A stretch of 52,846 nt of DNA. It comes from a virus. Its lineage: Duplodnaviria > Caudoviricetes. The position numbers and the translations under genes were made by a program. Shown piece after piece: positions 9,093 through 18,922 of this stretch (position 1 is its first letter; each line of letters begins with the position of its first letter). The stretch is taken from positions 1-52,846 of the IMG/VR virus record IMGVR_UViG_3300047457_000684; one strand, given 5' to 3'. The notes under the pieces were generated by a model. It made no database searches, was not told the origin of the DNA, and saw only the letters and a list, made by a program, of their open reading frames with translations.

Positions 9093-9779
9093 ATGACCAA
9101 TACCGGCATCGTTGTCCGCACCTGGAACGACGCACCGATCAGCCGCCGCGATTCCGACGGCTACGCCGACGCCACAGCCATGTGCCAGGCCAACGCCAAG
9201 CACCTTCCGCATTACCTCAGCAACCAGCGCACCACCGAGTACATCGCCGCCCTGGCCGATGCCACCGGCCTCCAGCCCGCTCAGCTGGTGATCACAACCA
9301 CCACAGGCCCCAACCACCTTCGCGGCACCTGGATTCACCCGCGCCTCGCCGTAGACCTCGCACGCTGGATCTCACCCGCCTTCGCCGTTTGGATGGATGG
9401 CTGGTTCCTCGATGCCGCCCATCAGTCACCACAGCCCGCTGCTCTGCCTGACCATCACTGCCAATACTGCGGCAAGCCGATCGACAATCTCAACGGTCGC
9501 CGTTACTGCTCCGCTGCATGTCGCAAACGCGCCTGGCGCCGTGCTCACAATCCTGCACTGATGGCGTCTTCACCGCCGCCTGCTCTCTCCATCCACCAAC
9601 CAGCACCAACCCTCCCCCACGGCGTCCACGTCGTCGCCAACTCTCATCGTGAAGCAAGCTGGTTATGGGCTCTCGCTGTAGAAAAACACGTCGGCCAAGC
9701 ACTCATGGCCAAAATCGTCGATGAGCGACAACGCCACATCACTCCATCGGTCCAGCTTCATCTTCTCAACGCTGCCTAA
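9093..9779 (+). CDS. KilA-N domain protein with Cys4 Zn finger (antirepressor-like)
   Basis: DGYADATAMCQAN...GTWIHPRLAVDLARWISPAFAVW; CQYCG...YCSAAC. Confidence 0.9.
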   Translation: MTNTGIVVRTWNDAPISRRDSDGYADATAMCQANAKHLPHYLSNQRTTEYIAALADATGLQPAQLVITTTTGPNHLRGTWIHPRLAVDLARWISPAFAVWMDGWFLDAAHQSPQPAALPDHHCQYCGKPIDNLNGRRYCSAACRKRAWRRAHNPALMASSPPPALSIHQPAPTLPHGVHVVANSHREASWLWALAVEKHVGQALMAKIVDERQRHITPSVQLHLLNAA

Positions 9780-9789
9780 CGTCTCCACA

Positions 9790-9819
9790 GCCTCGCCCTC
9801 CCAGGCGGGGCTTTTTATT
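9790..9819 (+). terminator. Intrinsic terminator
   Basis: GCCTCGCC-CTCCCA-GGCGGGGC followed by TTTTTATT. Confidence 0.75.
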
Positions 9820-9856
9820 ACCTCACCCAGCAGACTGAACCAGCTGCTCATCCACG

Positions 9857-10069
9857 GTGAAGCGCGCCCCCTCCCTGGCCCTGCTCCTCGATCGCCAAAC
9901 CCCCTGGCTCGCTTGGTGGCAGGAGCTCATCCTCAACTGGGTCGCCTCCTGGCCCAACGTCACCCAGCTCGAAGTCACCTCAGCCGATGGCCTCGAAACC
10001 ATCACCTGGCAGTCCCCATCCCCACTAGACCGCCAGCGCCAGCACCTCGAACAACTCCTCAGGCGCTGA
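9857..10069 (+). CDS. Hypothetical protein
   Basis: 70-aa ORF between the terminator and the next ATG (2-bp gap). Confidence 0.55.
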   Translation: MKRAPSLALLLDRQTPWLAWWQELILNWVASWPNVTQLEVTSADGLETITWQSPSPLDRQRQHLEQLLRR

Positions 10070-10071
10070 AC

Positions 10072-10797
10072 ATGCTCGACATCAGGCTTGATACTGACCT
10101 ATCGACGCAGCTCGATCGGTTCTTCCTTCTGACCGAGCGAAACATTCGCTTTGCGACCGGCAAGGCGATGACCGCCACCGTTCGTCATGCTCAGGCTGCC
10201 CTCAAGGAAGACCTGCGTCGTACCTCCGGCGGCCCTATCCAAGGCGGTGCCACTCCCTGGACCATCGGCGGCACCTACATCCGCTTTGCGCGCCCTGATG
10301 ACCTCACAGCAGAGGTCGGCCTACGCACTGATCAGCCACGCGCTGCAGGCCGCTACATCTCCGTGCTCACCAAAGGTGGCAAGCCACGCACCAAGGCCGT
10401 AGACCTCAAGGCCTCATCTCTCACCGACGGCCGGCGCTACACACTCGTCCCATCCCCGGCCCAACCCCTCGACAGCCGCGGCAACATCAGCCGCTCCAAC
10501 CTCCGTAAGGCCCTTGAAAACCTCAACACCAGCGCCCTCAACCAGTCGCGCCCTAAGCAAGGCAACTCCCCGTTCTTCGCCCTCCCACTCCGCACCGGTG
10601 ACCGCATCGGAATCTTCCAGCGCACTGGCCGTGGTCGCCGAACTACCACCCTGCGACTAATCCTCGACCCCACACCCAAGCCACGCGCCTCCACCTACGA
10701 CCTGCGCGGTGATCTCAACCGCTCTGTGCAGCGTGTCTGGCCTGGTGAGATTCGCAAGGCCCTTGAAGCTGAGCTGCGGCGGGCCGGCTTCGGGTGA
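10072..10797 (+). CDS. Phage protein, possibly virion morphogenesis or neck (gpZ-like)
   Basis: 3' part of ORF 9721..10797; basic protein (RFATGKAMTATVR...) upstream of terminase. Confidence 0.55.
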   Translation: MLDIRLDTDLSTQLDRFFLLTERNIRFATGKAMTATVRHAQAALKEDLRRTSGGPIQGGATPWTIGGTYIRFARPDDLTAEVGLRTDQPRAAGRYISVLTKGGKPRTKAVDLKASSLTDGRRYTLVPSPAQPLDSRGNISRSNLRKALENLNTSALNQSRPKQGNSPFFALPLRTGDRIGIFQRTGRGRRTTTLRLILDPTPKPRASTYDLRGDLNRSVQRVWPGEIRKALEAELRRAGFG

Positions 10798-10880
10798 TGG
10801 CCTATTGATTCTCAGTAGGCCACGCTGTTGTCTCTCAGTAAGCGGCTACTAATGAGAGCCATTGCACCGCAGGGGATCTC

Positions 10881-10923
10881 GGGTCCTACCAGGGCCTCGG
10901 CTGCGGTTATTTCCGACACCGCA
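10881..10923 (+). promoter_or_regulatory. Candidate cos packaging site
   Basis: GGGTCCT (lambda cosQ sequence), then TGCGG-TTATTTCCGACA-CCGCA dyad around 12 nt, upstream of terS; + strand changes from C-rich to G-rich nearby. Confidence 0.55.
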
Positions 10924-11040
10924 CGTATTTCCTAGCGGGGCTATTGAGAACTGCTTAAAGCTCAGGGCATAGAGCCCCCTGCCCCATCAGGCTCTTTTAA
11001 GCGGTCCGTAGCTTTAACTTAAACGCTTAAAGCCCGTTTC

Positions 11041-11601
11041 ATGCTTGTCAGCTTCAGCGACTTTGCTCGACTGAAAGGCGTCTCGCCGGCTGCGGTGACG
11101 ATCGCGAGCAAAGAGCGGATCAAAGACGCGATTGTGCTTCGAGACGGCAAGAAGTTGTTAGATCGGTCAAAGGCTTTGGAGCTATGGGACCGGAATACAA
11201 GCCGAAACGGCTCAGAGCGGCTGTCAAAACGAGCCAAGGAGCGTGATCGCAGGCCGTTCGATGGCCAGGTTGTTGATCAGCCGACCAAACAGGAGCTGCG
11301 AACGCTGATCATGGGCCTGCCTGAGGATCAGATTCCAGGGCTGGATGTGAGCAGGGAGCGTAGGGAGCACTACAACGCGGAGATTGCGCGGCTTGATGCG
11401 TTGGAGAAGCGGAAGGAGTTGGTGTCTAATGATGAGGTGGTCAGAGAAGCCAGCCGGCTAGCGCGGCAGGTGCGTGATCTGCTGCTGATGATCCCAGGCC
11501 GGAATGCGGCAAAGCTGGCCACGATGAGCGATACGGAAGCGGTACGCGCCTTGCTGAGTCAGGAGATTGAGGCAGCGCTGAGAGGGCTGGCCAATGCCTG
11601 A
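11041..11601 (+). CDS. Terminase small subunit
   Basis: N-terminal HTH (SFSDFARLKGVSPAAVT), coiled coil, overlaps terL. Confidence 0.85.
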   Translation: MLVSFSDFARLKGVSPAAVTIASKERIKDAIVLRDGKKLLDRSKALELWDRNTSRNGSERLSKRAKERDRRPFDGQVVDQPTKQELRTLIMGLPEDQIPGLDVSRERREHYNAEIARLDALEKRKELVSNDEVVREASRLARQVRDLLLMIPGRNAAKLATMSDTEAVRALLSQEIEAALRGLANA

Positions 11602-13459
11602 TGGTGCAGCGATCTATCGGCAGGCGTTCATCGATGCGATTCAGCCCCCACTGGATCTCACGGTTAGCGAGTGGGCAGATGCTGAACGTGTGCTGACGAG
11701 GCGCAGTAGCTCAGAGCCTGGAGCATGGCGAACTGATCGGGTGCCATATCTGCGTGAGCCAATGGACCTGTTGAGCCCGCGAGAGAAGCAGATCAAACGT
11801 GTGATTCTGATGTTCGGCAGCCAGTCAGCTAAGACCGAAGCTGGATTGAACTGGTTAGGGCGAACGATTGCACTGGATCCAGCGCCATTTCTGTGCATGT
11901 TTCCAACAGAGAGCTTTGCTAAGCGTCAGATTCGGCAACGACTTGTGCCATTGTTTAATGATTCACCAGCGGTGAAGGCTAAGCAGATAAGTAGCAAGTC
12001 TCGCGATGCTGCTAATTCGATGTTTTTGAAAGAGTTTCAGGGAGATATGCTGCTCAGCATTATTGGCGGCAATAGCGGAAGTGCAGCGCAGGGGATGCCA
12101 GCCCAGAACGTATGGGCTGATGAGGTGTCTAGCTTGCCGCTGGAGATTGATGATAAGGGTGACCCGTTAGAGAATGCAGAGGCTAGGCAGACAAACTTTC
12201 CAGATCGAAAAGCACTGATTACGAGCACACCAGGAACACGTGGAGCATGTCGGATTACATGGGAGTTTGAAACCAGATCAGATCGTCGACGTTATGGAGC
12301 ACTGATGCCATGTTGTAGCAAGCATGTATTTCTGGAATGGAAGCACATGGTATGGAATCGACCTGATGGAGAGGTATTTTGCGAGTGTCCAGAGTGTGGT
12401 GAACGTGTTGAGCAGCACCATAAGGGAACGATGTTGGCTGGTGGTATCTGGATACCGACAGCAAAGGGAGATGGTGAGACAGCTGGCTTCCATCTACCAG
12501 GCTGGTATGCACCATATGGCTGGTTGAGCTGGGAGAAGATACGAGACGAGTTTCTAAGGGCAAAAGGTGATCCGCTACTGCTTAAGGGCTGGGTGAATAA
12601 GCGTGCTGCAGAGGCATGGGAGGATGAGAATCTGGCGAGGGTTACGGCTGAGGGACTGTTAGCGCGGATTGGCGATGGTGCACACGATTCTGGTATGTGT
12701 CCATCTGGTGTTTTAGCTGTGCTAATGGCAGTTGATACACAAGACAGCTGGCTTGAGGTAAGTGTGTGGGGATATGGTAAAGGCGAAGAGAAGTGGAGGA
12801 TATGGCATCAGAAGATAGAAGGTGATCCTGGTAAAGATGATGTATGGGAGCAGGTAAGCACGATTCGGCGGATAGAATGGCCGCATGAAAGCGGAACAAA
12901 GATGAAAGCAACTTTCTGTGCTGTTGATACGGGTGGGCATTATACGGGCGAAGCGTATGAGTATTGCAGACAGCATGCGAACGAGGGCGTTGTAGCGATT
13001 AAGGGGAGCAATCAGAAGAATGCACCGGTATTAGGCAAGCCAAGTAAGCAGGATGTGAATTTCCGTGGTCGAGTGGTTAAGAACGGCGTGAATCTGTACA
13101 TGGTTGGAACTCATGCTATTAAGCGAACAATCTACAGCCGTCTGAAGATTGAAGAACCAGGGGCTGGATACGTCCATTTTGATCGTGGTACTACTGAGGA
13201 ATACTTGAAGGGTCTGACTTGTGAACGGCTGCAGCCAAGGTACGTGAAAGGGTTTCAGGTGCTGGAGTGGGTGAAACCAGCGGGTGCGAGAAATGAGCCG
13301 CTTGACCTCGCTGTGTATTGCGACGCAATGCTTGAGCTACTGAAACGCCGCTACAACCGCGCAACGATGTGGGATCAGCTGGAGGCGCAGCTTGAGGCAG
13401 CACGTGAGCGGCCTGGTGCTGGTGGGTTGCTGTCGAGGTCTAAACGGTTTGGTTCATAG
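11594..13459 (+). CDS. Terminase large subunit (lambda gpA family)
   Basis: TVSEWAD, PYLREPMD, GSQSAKTE, ADEV, STP, AVDTQ, RNEPLD. Confidence 0.97.
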   Translation: MPDGAAIYRQAFIDAIQPPLDLTVSEWADAERVLTRRSSSEPGAWRTDRVPYLREPMDLLSPREKQIKRVILMFGSQSAKTEAGLNWLGRTIALDPAPFLCMFPTESFAKRQIRQRLVPLFNDSPAVKAKQISSKSRDAANSMFLKEFQGDMLLSIIGGNSGSAAQGMPAQNVWADEVSSLPLEIDDKGDPLENAEARQTNFPDRKALITSTPGTRGACRITWEFETRSDRRRYGALMPCCSKHVFLEWKHMVWNRPDGEVFCECPECGERVEQHHKGTMLAGGIWIPTAKGDGETAGFHLPGWYAPYGWLSWEKIRDEFLRAKGDPLLLKGWVNKRAAEAWEDENLARVTAEGLLARIGDGAHDSGMCPSGVLAVLMAVDTQDSWLEVSVWGYGKGEEKWRIWHQKIEGDPGKDDVWEQVSTIRRIEWPHESGTKMKATFCAVDTGGHYTGEAYEYCRQHANEGVVAIKGSNQKNAPVLGKPSKQDVNFRGRVVKNGVNLYMVGTHAIKRTIYSRLKIEEPGAGYVHFDRGTTEEYLKGLTCERLQPRYVKGFQVLEWVKPAGARNEPLDLAVYCDAMLELLKRRYNRATMWDQLEAQLEAARERPGAGGLLSRSKRFGS

Positions 13460-13468
13460 ACTCGGGAT

Positions 13469-13711
13469 ATGGCAGGAATCACGCTCGTTACGGCACAGAC
13501 TCGGCTAGATGATTATCTAGCGGCAGAGCTTGCTGTGCTTGGGAACCAGGAATATACGATCGGCAGCGGCACAGCAGGCGCTAGGAAGCTACGGCGTGCT
13601 GATCTGGCTGAGATCCGTAAGGGAATTGAGTATTGGGAAGCGAAGGTTAAGGACTTGACGATGCGTAGCCAGGGCCGTGGGCGGTCGATTACGTTGCGTC
13701 CGAGGTTCTGA
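13469..13711 (+). CDS. Head-tail joining protein (gpW position)
   Basis: YLAAELAVL.NQEYTIG...LRRADLAEIRKGI; between terL and portal. Confidence 0.8.
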   Translation: MAGITLVTAQTRLDDYLAAELAVLGNQEYTIGSGTAGARKLRRADLAEIRKGIEYWEAKVKDLTMRSQGRGRSITLRPRF

Positions 13712-15279
13712 TGGGTCGTAGCAAACGGCGACAGAAGGATGTTGCAGCTATCGCTGCACAGCAGGAACCAGCGGCGATGTTGTCGTGGGGCTTCGGGATG
13801 GGAATGCCCGGCACCTCACGGCTAGCTGGTAATGATCGGTTTGTGAATTGGCGGCCGATCGTTACTGATGCTGATGGCCAGGCTCAGTTTGATCTGGCTG
13901 ATCAGCGTGCGTTTTCACGTGATCTAGAGCGTACGGCGCCGATCGCTACAGCTGGCATCGAGACTAAGGCATCGTATGTCATTGGCGGCGGGTTGACGCT
14001 GCAAAGCCGTATCGATGCGGAAGAATTGGGCCTTAGCGCAGAGGAAGCTAGCGCATGGCAACGTAGAACAGAGCGGCGTTTCAATATCTGGGCATCAGAT
14101 CGGCGTTCTTCGACGAATCGTAGGCATGATTTCTACGATTCGCAGGATTTAGCGTATCGCGGCAGGCTTGTAAGCGGTGATTCGTTTGTGTTGTTGGCAG
14201 ATCGGGAGCGTAGGGACTGGCCATTTCGGTTAGCGCTGCAGGTTATTGAGGCTGATCGTGTTTGTAATAGGGATAATGCAATGAATACAGCCACGATGGT
14301 GGATGGTATTGAGTATGACACGTCTGGAGAGCCTGTAAAAGCATGGATTGCAGCGCATCATCCTGGCCGGTTGCTGCCTGGTGGTGCTCAGAGCTGGTCT
14401 GAAGTGCCGTTTTACGGTAATTCAGGCCGTTGTAACCTGATTCAGGTAGCCAGGATTCTGAGGCCTGGTCAAACACGCGGCATTCCTGATCTGGCGCCGA
14501 TTATCGCCACGATTAAGCAGCTGGATCGTTATAGCAATGCTGAGGTTGACGCCGCTGTCAATAGTGCAGCGCTGGCGTTGTTCTCTACGATGGATGCGGA
14601 GGCGTTTCGGGACGTATTTTCGGATCCAGCAGACCAGGCTTCGTATATTCAGAAAGCAGCAGAGTGGGATGGGACGGTAAATAGCGGCAAGGCTATCAAT
14701 TTGTTCCCTGGTGAGAGCATCACATCACCAACACCAGGGCGACCGAATCCTAATTATGACCCGTTCTTTAACTCATTCCTGAATTTGGTTGGGATGGGTC
14801 TGAATATCCCTAAAGAGGTGCTGCAGAAGGCGTTCAATTCGAGCTATTCAGCCAGTCGAGCGGCATTGATGGATGCATGGCGGACGTTCAGGATTGAGCG
14901 TACGAGGTTTGCACGGCAGTTCTGCCAGGTGGTATATCAGGAATGGCTGGCGGATGCTGTAGCACTTGGGTTGATTGAGGCGCCTGGATTCTTTGCTGAT
15001 CCGTTTATTCGTGCCGCATGGTGCGGTGCGCAGTGGAGTGGTGATGGCCCTGGGGCGCTGGATCCGAAGAAAGAGGCGGAAGCTGCTGAGATTCGGATGC
15101 GATCTGGTGTGACGACGCTGGCGAAGGAAACGGTGGCATACGACGGTTCGGATTGGGAGGATAACCACCGGCAGCGTGCCGAGGAAGTGCGGCGTCGTAC
15201 TGCGGACAATCTGGAGATGCCTGCACCGGTTGATGCTACGAATCAGGCGCAGGACAATACCGATAACACACCTCCCTAG
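13711..15279 (+). CDS. Portal protein (lambda family)
   Basis: LQVIEADR, RPGQTRGIP, SSYSASRAAL, DPKKEAEA. Confidence 0.95.
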   Translation: MGRSKRRQKDVAAIAAQQEPAAMLSWGFGMGMPGTSRLAGNDRFVNWRPIVTDADGQAQFDLADQRAFSRDLERTAPIATAGIETKASYVIGGGLTLQSRIDAEELGLSAEEASAWQRRTERRFNIWASDRRSSTNRRHDFYDSQDLAYRGRLVSGDSFVLLADRERRDWPFRLALQVIEADRVCNRDNAMNTATMVDGIEYDTSGEPVKAWIAAHHPGRLLPGGAQSWSEVPFYGNSGRCNLIQVARILRPGQTRGIPDLAPIIATIKQLDRYSNAEVDAAVNSAALALFSTMDAEAFRDVFSDPADQASYIQKAAEWDGTVNSGKAINLFPGESITSPTPGRPNPNYDPFFNSFLNLVGMGLNIPKEVLQKAFNSSYSASRAALMDAWRTFRIERTRFARQFCQVVYQEWLADAVALGLIEAPGFFADPFIRAAWCGAQWSGDGPGALDPKKEAEAAEIRMRSGVTTLAKETVAYDGSDWEDNHRQRAEEVRRRTADNLEMPAPVDATNQAQDNTDNTPP

Positions 15280-15288
15280 GTTGAGAGT

Positions 15289-16611
15289 ATGACTACTGTT
15301 CTCGACATCCTGTCTTCACCGTGGGCGATTGAGCCTGAGCGGTTGCAGCAGATTCACGCGATCTACGATGCGCGTGTCAGAGGTGAGCAGCCTGATTTTG
15401 AGGCGATCGAGGCGCGGCTTGGTAGGCAACTGAGCAATGAGCGTCAGCAGGCTTATGAGGTGCGCAATGGAGCAGCGTTGATCCCGCTGCGAGGCGTGCT
15501 TGGCCGCCGCATGAATCTCATGTCCAACATGAGCGGCGGCACGTCTACTGAGTTGTTTGCACGTGATGTGCAGGCAGCGGTTGCAGATCCAGAGGTGCAG
15601 TCAATCGTGTTGATGGTTGACAGCCCTGGCGGGACTGTAGCCGGTACGCAGGCTGCTGCATCGGTGGTGATGGCAGCCAGGGGCACCAAACCCATTGCGG
15701 CAATGGTGGAGGGCACGATGGCCAGTGCTGCGTACTGGATCGGCAGCGCTGCTGATGTAGTGGTGTTGGATTCGACCACTGCGCAGGTCGGCTCGATTGG
15801 TGTGGTGGCTACGCACACGGACATCAGTAAGGCTGAGGAAGCAGCCGGCGTGAAGACTACCGAGATTGTTGCTGGATCCTACAAACGGATTGCATCGCAA
15901 CATGGTCCGCTGACTGAGGCAGGGCGTAAGTCGATCCAGGATCAGGTGGACTATCTATATGCGCAGTTTGTGCAGGACGTAGCCATGCAGCGTGGCGTGA
16001 GTGAGGAAAAAGTGCTCAGCGATATGGCTGATGGTCGGGTGTTTATCGGTCAACAGGCTATCGATGCTGGATTGGCAGATGGGGTCAATACATTGGATGG
16101 TGTAATCGCTTTGCTTAACGAGCGGGTGCAGTCCCGTTCAATTCTGCCCACCGCAACCTTTTCTATGACTCCTGAAGATCTGGCCGCTGAATGGGCGGCC
16201 GAAAACCCTGAGGCTGCAGCAGTTCTGCGAGCTGAGGGTGCTGCTGCTGAAACCCAGCGTGTTAATGATGTGCGCGCCCAGCTGGTGCCTGGTCACGAGG
16301 CTCTGATTGAAGAGCTCGCATCCGACGGCCACACGACTGGTGACGAAGCCGCCCGTGCGATTGTGAAAGCAGAGCGCCAGGTTCGTGCTTCGCAAGCGCA
16401 GGAGCGTGTTAGCGAAGCCGTTGCACCGCTGCCTGATGCCCCTGCCCCTGAGGGTCTGGAGGCTAAGGAGCAGGAGCCTGCGCCTGAGATCAATCCGCAT
16501 GAGCTCGCCGCACGTGCGCGCGAAATCGTTGATGAAGCCCAAGCGAAGGGCCGGTCTATTTCGCTGCCTAACGCCGTGGCTCAGGCCCGGCGTGAACTCA
16601 CCGCCGCCTGA
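15289..16611 (+). CDS. S49 family prohead protease with scaffold-like C-terminus
   Basis: DSPGG, MASAAYWIGS, GSIGV. Confidence 0.95.
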   Translation: MTTVLDILSSPWAIEPERLQQIHAIYDARVRGEQPDFEAIEARLGRQLSNERQQAYEVRNGAALIPLRGVLGRRMNLMSNMSGGTSTELFARDVQAAVADPEVQSIVLMVDSPGGTVAGTQAAASVVMAARGTKPIAAMVEGTMASAAYWIGSAADVVVLDSTTAQVGSIGVVATHTDISKAEEAAGVKTTEIVAGSYKRIASQHGPLTEAGRKSIQDQVDYLYAQFVQDVAMQRGVSEEKVLSDMADGRVFIGQQAIDAGLADGVNTLDGVIALLNERVQSRSILPTATFSMTPEDLAAEWAAENPEAAAVLRAEGAAAETQRVNDVRAQLVPGHEALIEELASDGHTTGDEAARAIVKAERQVRASQAQERVSEAVAPLPDAPAPEGLEAKEQEPAPEINPHELAARAREIVDEAQAKGRSISLPNAVAQARRELTAA

Positions 16612-16619
16612 GGTTCATT

Positions 16620-17009
16620 ATGACTCTCCGCAATCAAGGACTTACCAAAACCTATAACGCTGGCGGCACCGTCAACCCGTCGCGTTTCGTGAAGCTGAAC
16701 GACGATGAAACCGTCGTGCAATCAGCTGCAGCTGCTGATCTGACGATCGGCGTGTCGGACTACAACCCGAACGCCACCGCTGCCGTAAGCGGTGAGCGTG
16801 TGGATGTGGTGATGGAAGGCATTGTGACCGTGACCTATGGCGGCACTGTGACTCGCGGCCAGATTGTGATGGCTGACTCCCAAGGTCGGGCCGTCAATGC
16901 CACTGCTGCAGCTGGAACCAACATCCGTGGCTGTGGCATTGCGCTGATTAGCGGTGTTTCCGGTGATCTCGGCGCGGTGCTGCTCTCTCCTGGTTCGTTC
17001 CAGGGCTGA
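16620..17009 (+). CDS. Capsid decoration/cement protein
   Basis: Small Gly/Ala-rich beta protein between protease and capsid. Confidence 0.75.
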   Translation: MTLRNQGLTKTYNAGGTVNPSRFVKLNDDETVVQSAAAADLTIGVSDYNPNATAAVSGERVDVVMEGIVTVTYGGTVTRGQIVMADSQGRAVNATAAAGTNIRGCGIALISGVSGDLGAVLLSPGSFQG

Positions 17010-17031
17010 CCTTTTCTCTGAGGATTGAACC

Positions 17032-17994
17032 ATGGCGAACATGAATTTTCCGTTTCCTATTCAGCAGGAACTGACCGCCATTGCATTGGCGTATCAGAAC
17101 CGCAGCCTGATTGCTGATCTCGTGCTGCCCCGCACTCCTGCCCCTGCGCGGGAGTTTAAGTGGCTGCAGATGAATCGTGATCAGATGTTCACCGTGCCTG
17201 AAACCACGGTGGGCCGTAAAGGTCAGCCCAATGAGGTTGAGTTCGGCGGCACTGAAGTTCCGGGCTTTGTCCGTGATTACGGTCTGGATGACGTTGTACC
17301 GAATGAGGACATCTCATCTGCTCCTGCAGGGTATGACCCTCTTGGGATGGCTGTTACCGGAATCTCTGAGCTGATCGCGCTTGACCGTGAGAAGCGAGTG
17401 GCTGATACGGTTTTCAACCTGAATACCTATCCGGCTGCTAACCGCACCACGCTGAGTGGTACAAGCCAGTGGAGTGATTACACCAACTCGGATCCATATA
17501 CCGCCATTATGACGGCGATGGATGGGATGCTGATGCGCCCCAATATTGGTGTGATCGGTCGTCTGGCATTTTCCAGGCTGCGTGTTCACCCGAAGATCAC
17601 TGCGGCCTTGGCGCCGAGCTCTAACGGCAATAGCTCGACTGTGAACGCTGGTGGTGCACCTGCTACAGCACAGGCGATCGCTGATCTTCTTGAGCTGGAT
17701 CAGATCATCATCGGCGAGGCGTTTATCAACACCGCTAAGCCCGGCCAGACCGCCAGCCTGAGCCGTTGCTGGGGCAATCACATGGCTCTGTTGCATCAGA
17801 ACCCGATTGCCACTATTCGCGGTAACGCGATCACGTTCGGCTTTACGGCTGAGTGGGGCAATCGTGTGGCGGGTAGCATGCCTGAGCCGAAGGTTGGTCT
17901 TCGCGGTGCTCAGCGTGTGCGCGTTGGCGAGAGCGTCAACGAGCTGATCGTGGCCTCTGATGTGGGCTACTACTTCCAGAACGTGGTGGCCTGA
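17032..17994 (+). CDS. Major capsid protein
   Basis: Position and size; LTAIALAYQN..LIADLVLP...SGTSQWSD...DVGYYFQNVV. Confidence 0.9.
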   Translation: MANMNFPFPIQQELTAIALAYQNRSLIADLVLPRTPAPAREFKWLQMNRDQMFTVPETTVGRKGQPNEVEFGGTEVPGFVRDYGLDDVVPNEDISSAPAGYDPLGMAVTGISELIALDREKRVADTVFNLNTYPAANRTTLSGTSQWSDYTNSDPYTAIMTAMDGMLMRPNIGVIGRLAFSRLRVHPKITAALAPSSNGNSSTVNAGGAPATAQAIADLLELDQIIIGEAFINTAKPGQTASLSRCWGNHMALLHQNPIATIRGNAITFGFTAEWGNRVAGSMPEPKVGLRGAQRVRVGESVNELIVASDVGYYFQNVVA

Positions 17995-17996
17995 TC

Positions 17997-18164
17997 ATGA
18001 CTGCTTACACGGTGTTGATTGGTCCCATTGATCACGATGGGGAGCGACATGAAGAAGGCGCTCATCTGAGTATGAGTGCAGAAGAAGCCGAGCTGTTGGT
18101 GTCGCAAGGCATCATCAGCGAAGCTGAGGCGCCAAAGCGTCGGCGTGCTGAGGCGGAGGGCTAA
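17997..18164 (+). CDS. Small virion-associated protein, 55 aa (not in ORF track)
   Basis: MTAYTVLIGPIDHDGERHEEG...; TAATG coupling to the next gene. Confidence 0.65.
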   Translation: MTAYTVLIGPIDHDGERHEEGAHLSMSAEEAELLVSQGIISEAEAPKRRRAEAEG

Positions 18165-18520
18165 TGGCATTTGTCGAGGATCTCAGCATCTTCCTGGCTG
18201 ATTTCGGTAAGCCAGTGGTTGCAGGGGCTCAAGCGGGCCTCGGGATCCTCGATATGCCTGGGGAGTACGTGCTGGGTGATCGTGTGATCAATAACCAGCA
18301 CGTACTCACCGCCGAAGCATCCAAGTTTGGTGGCCTGTCATACGGTGATTCGCTTACGGTTGATGGGCAACCATATGCTGTAAAGGAAGGACCTCTGAGT
18401 CTGGCGGATGGGGCATTCTGCGCCATTTTGCTTGAGGTATTGGAGGCAATTGAAAGCATCGGAATGATCTACGTCGAGACGATCATTCAAGCCAGCACGA
18501 CAATCAGAGCGCAGCCATGA
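18164..18520 (+). CDS. Head-tail joining protein
   Basis: MAFVEDLSIFLADFG...GILDMP...LTVDGQPYAV; position after capsid. Confidence 0.7.
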   Translation: MAFVEDLSIFLADFGKPVVAGAQAGLGILDMPGEYVLGDRVINNQHVLTAEASKFGGLSYGDSLTVDGQPYAVKEGPLSLADGAFCAILLEVLEAIESIGMIYVETIIQASTTIRAQP

Positions 18521-18915
18521 CAAACATTCCTCAGCTACCGTTTAGTGGCCAGCAGCTGCGGGATACGCTGAGCGCGCTGGATACAGCGATAGATGGTAAG
18601 GAAGCAGCTGGAGCGGCTACAGCTGCTGTAGCGGCGCACGTTGCAGCTGCAGATCCTCATCCTGCTTATCTAACTCAGGGTGAGGGTGATGCGAGGTATG
18701 CGCCTATTGGCACTGGCGGCCTTGCTGCCTACACGCATACGCAATCCACGCCAGCAACGACGTGGACAATCAATCACAATCTGGGTTATCGCCCGAGCGT
18801 TGAACTGTTCAACAGTGGAATGCAAGAGATTGACGCGGAGATTGCACATCCGAGCGTGAATCAAACCGTCGTTACACTGAACCCAGCAACAGCTGGACTC
18901 GCCCGCCTGATCTGA
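18517..18915 (+). CDS. Virion fibre-like structural protein
   Basis: AHVAAADPHPAYL and WTINHNLG motifs seen in fibre proteins. Confidence 0.6.
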   Translation: MTNIPQLPFSGQQLRDTLSALDTAIDGKEAAGAATAAVAAHVAAADPHPAYLTQGEGDARYAPIGTGGLAAYTHTQSTPATTWTINHNLGYRPSVELFNSGMQEIDAEIAHPSVNQTVVTLNPATAGLARLI

Positions 18916-18922
18916 GGTCATC

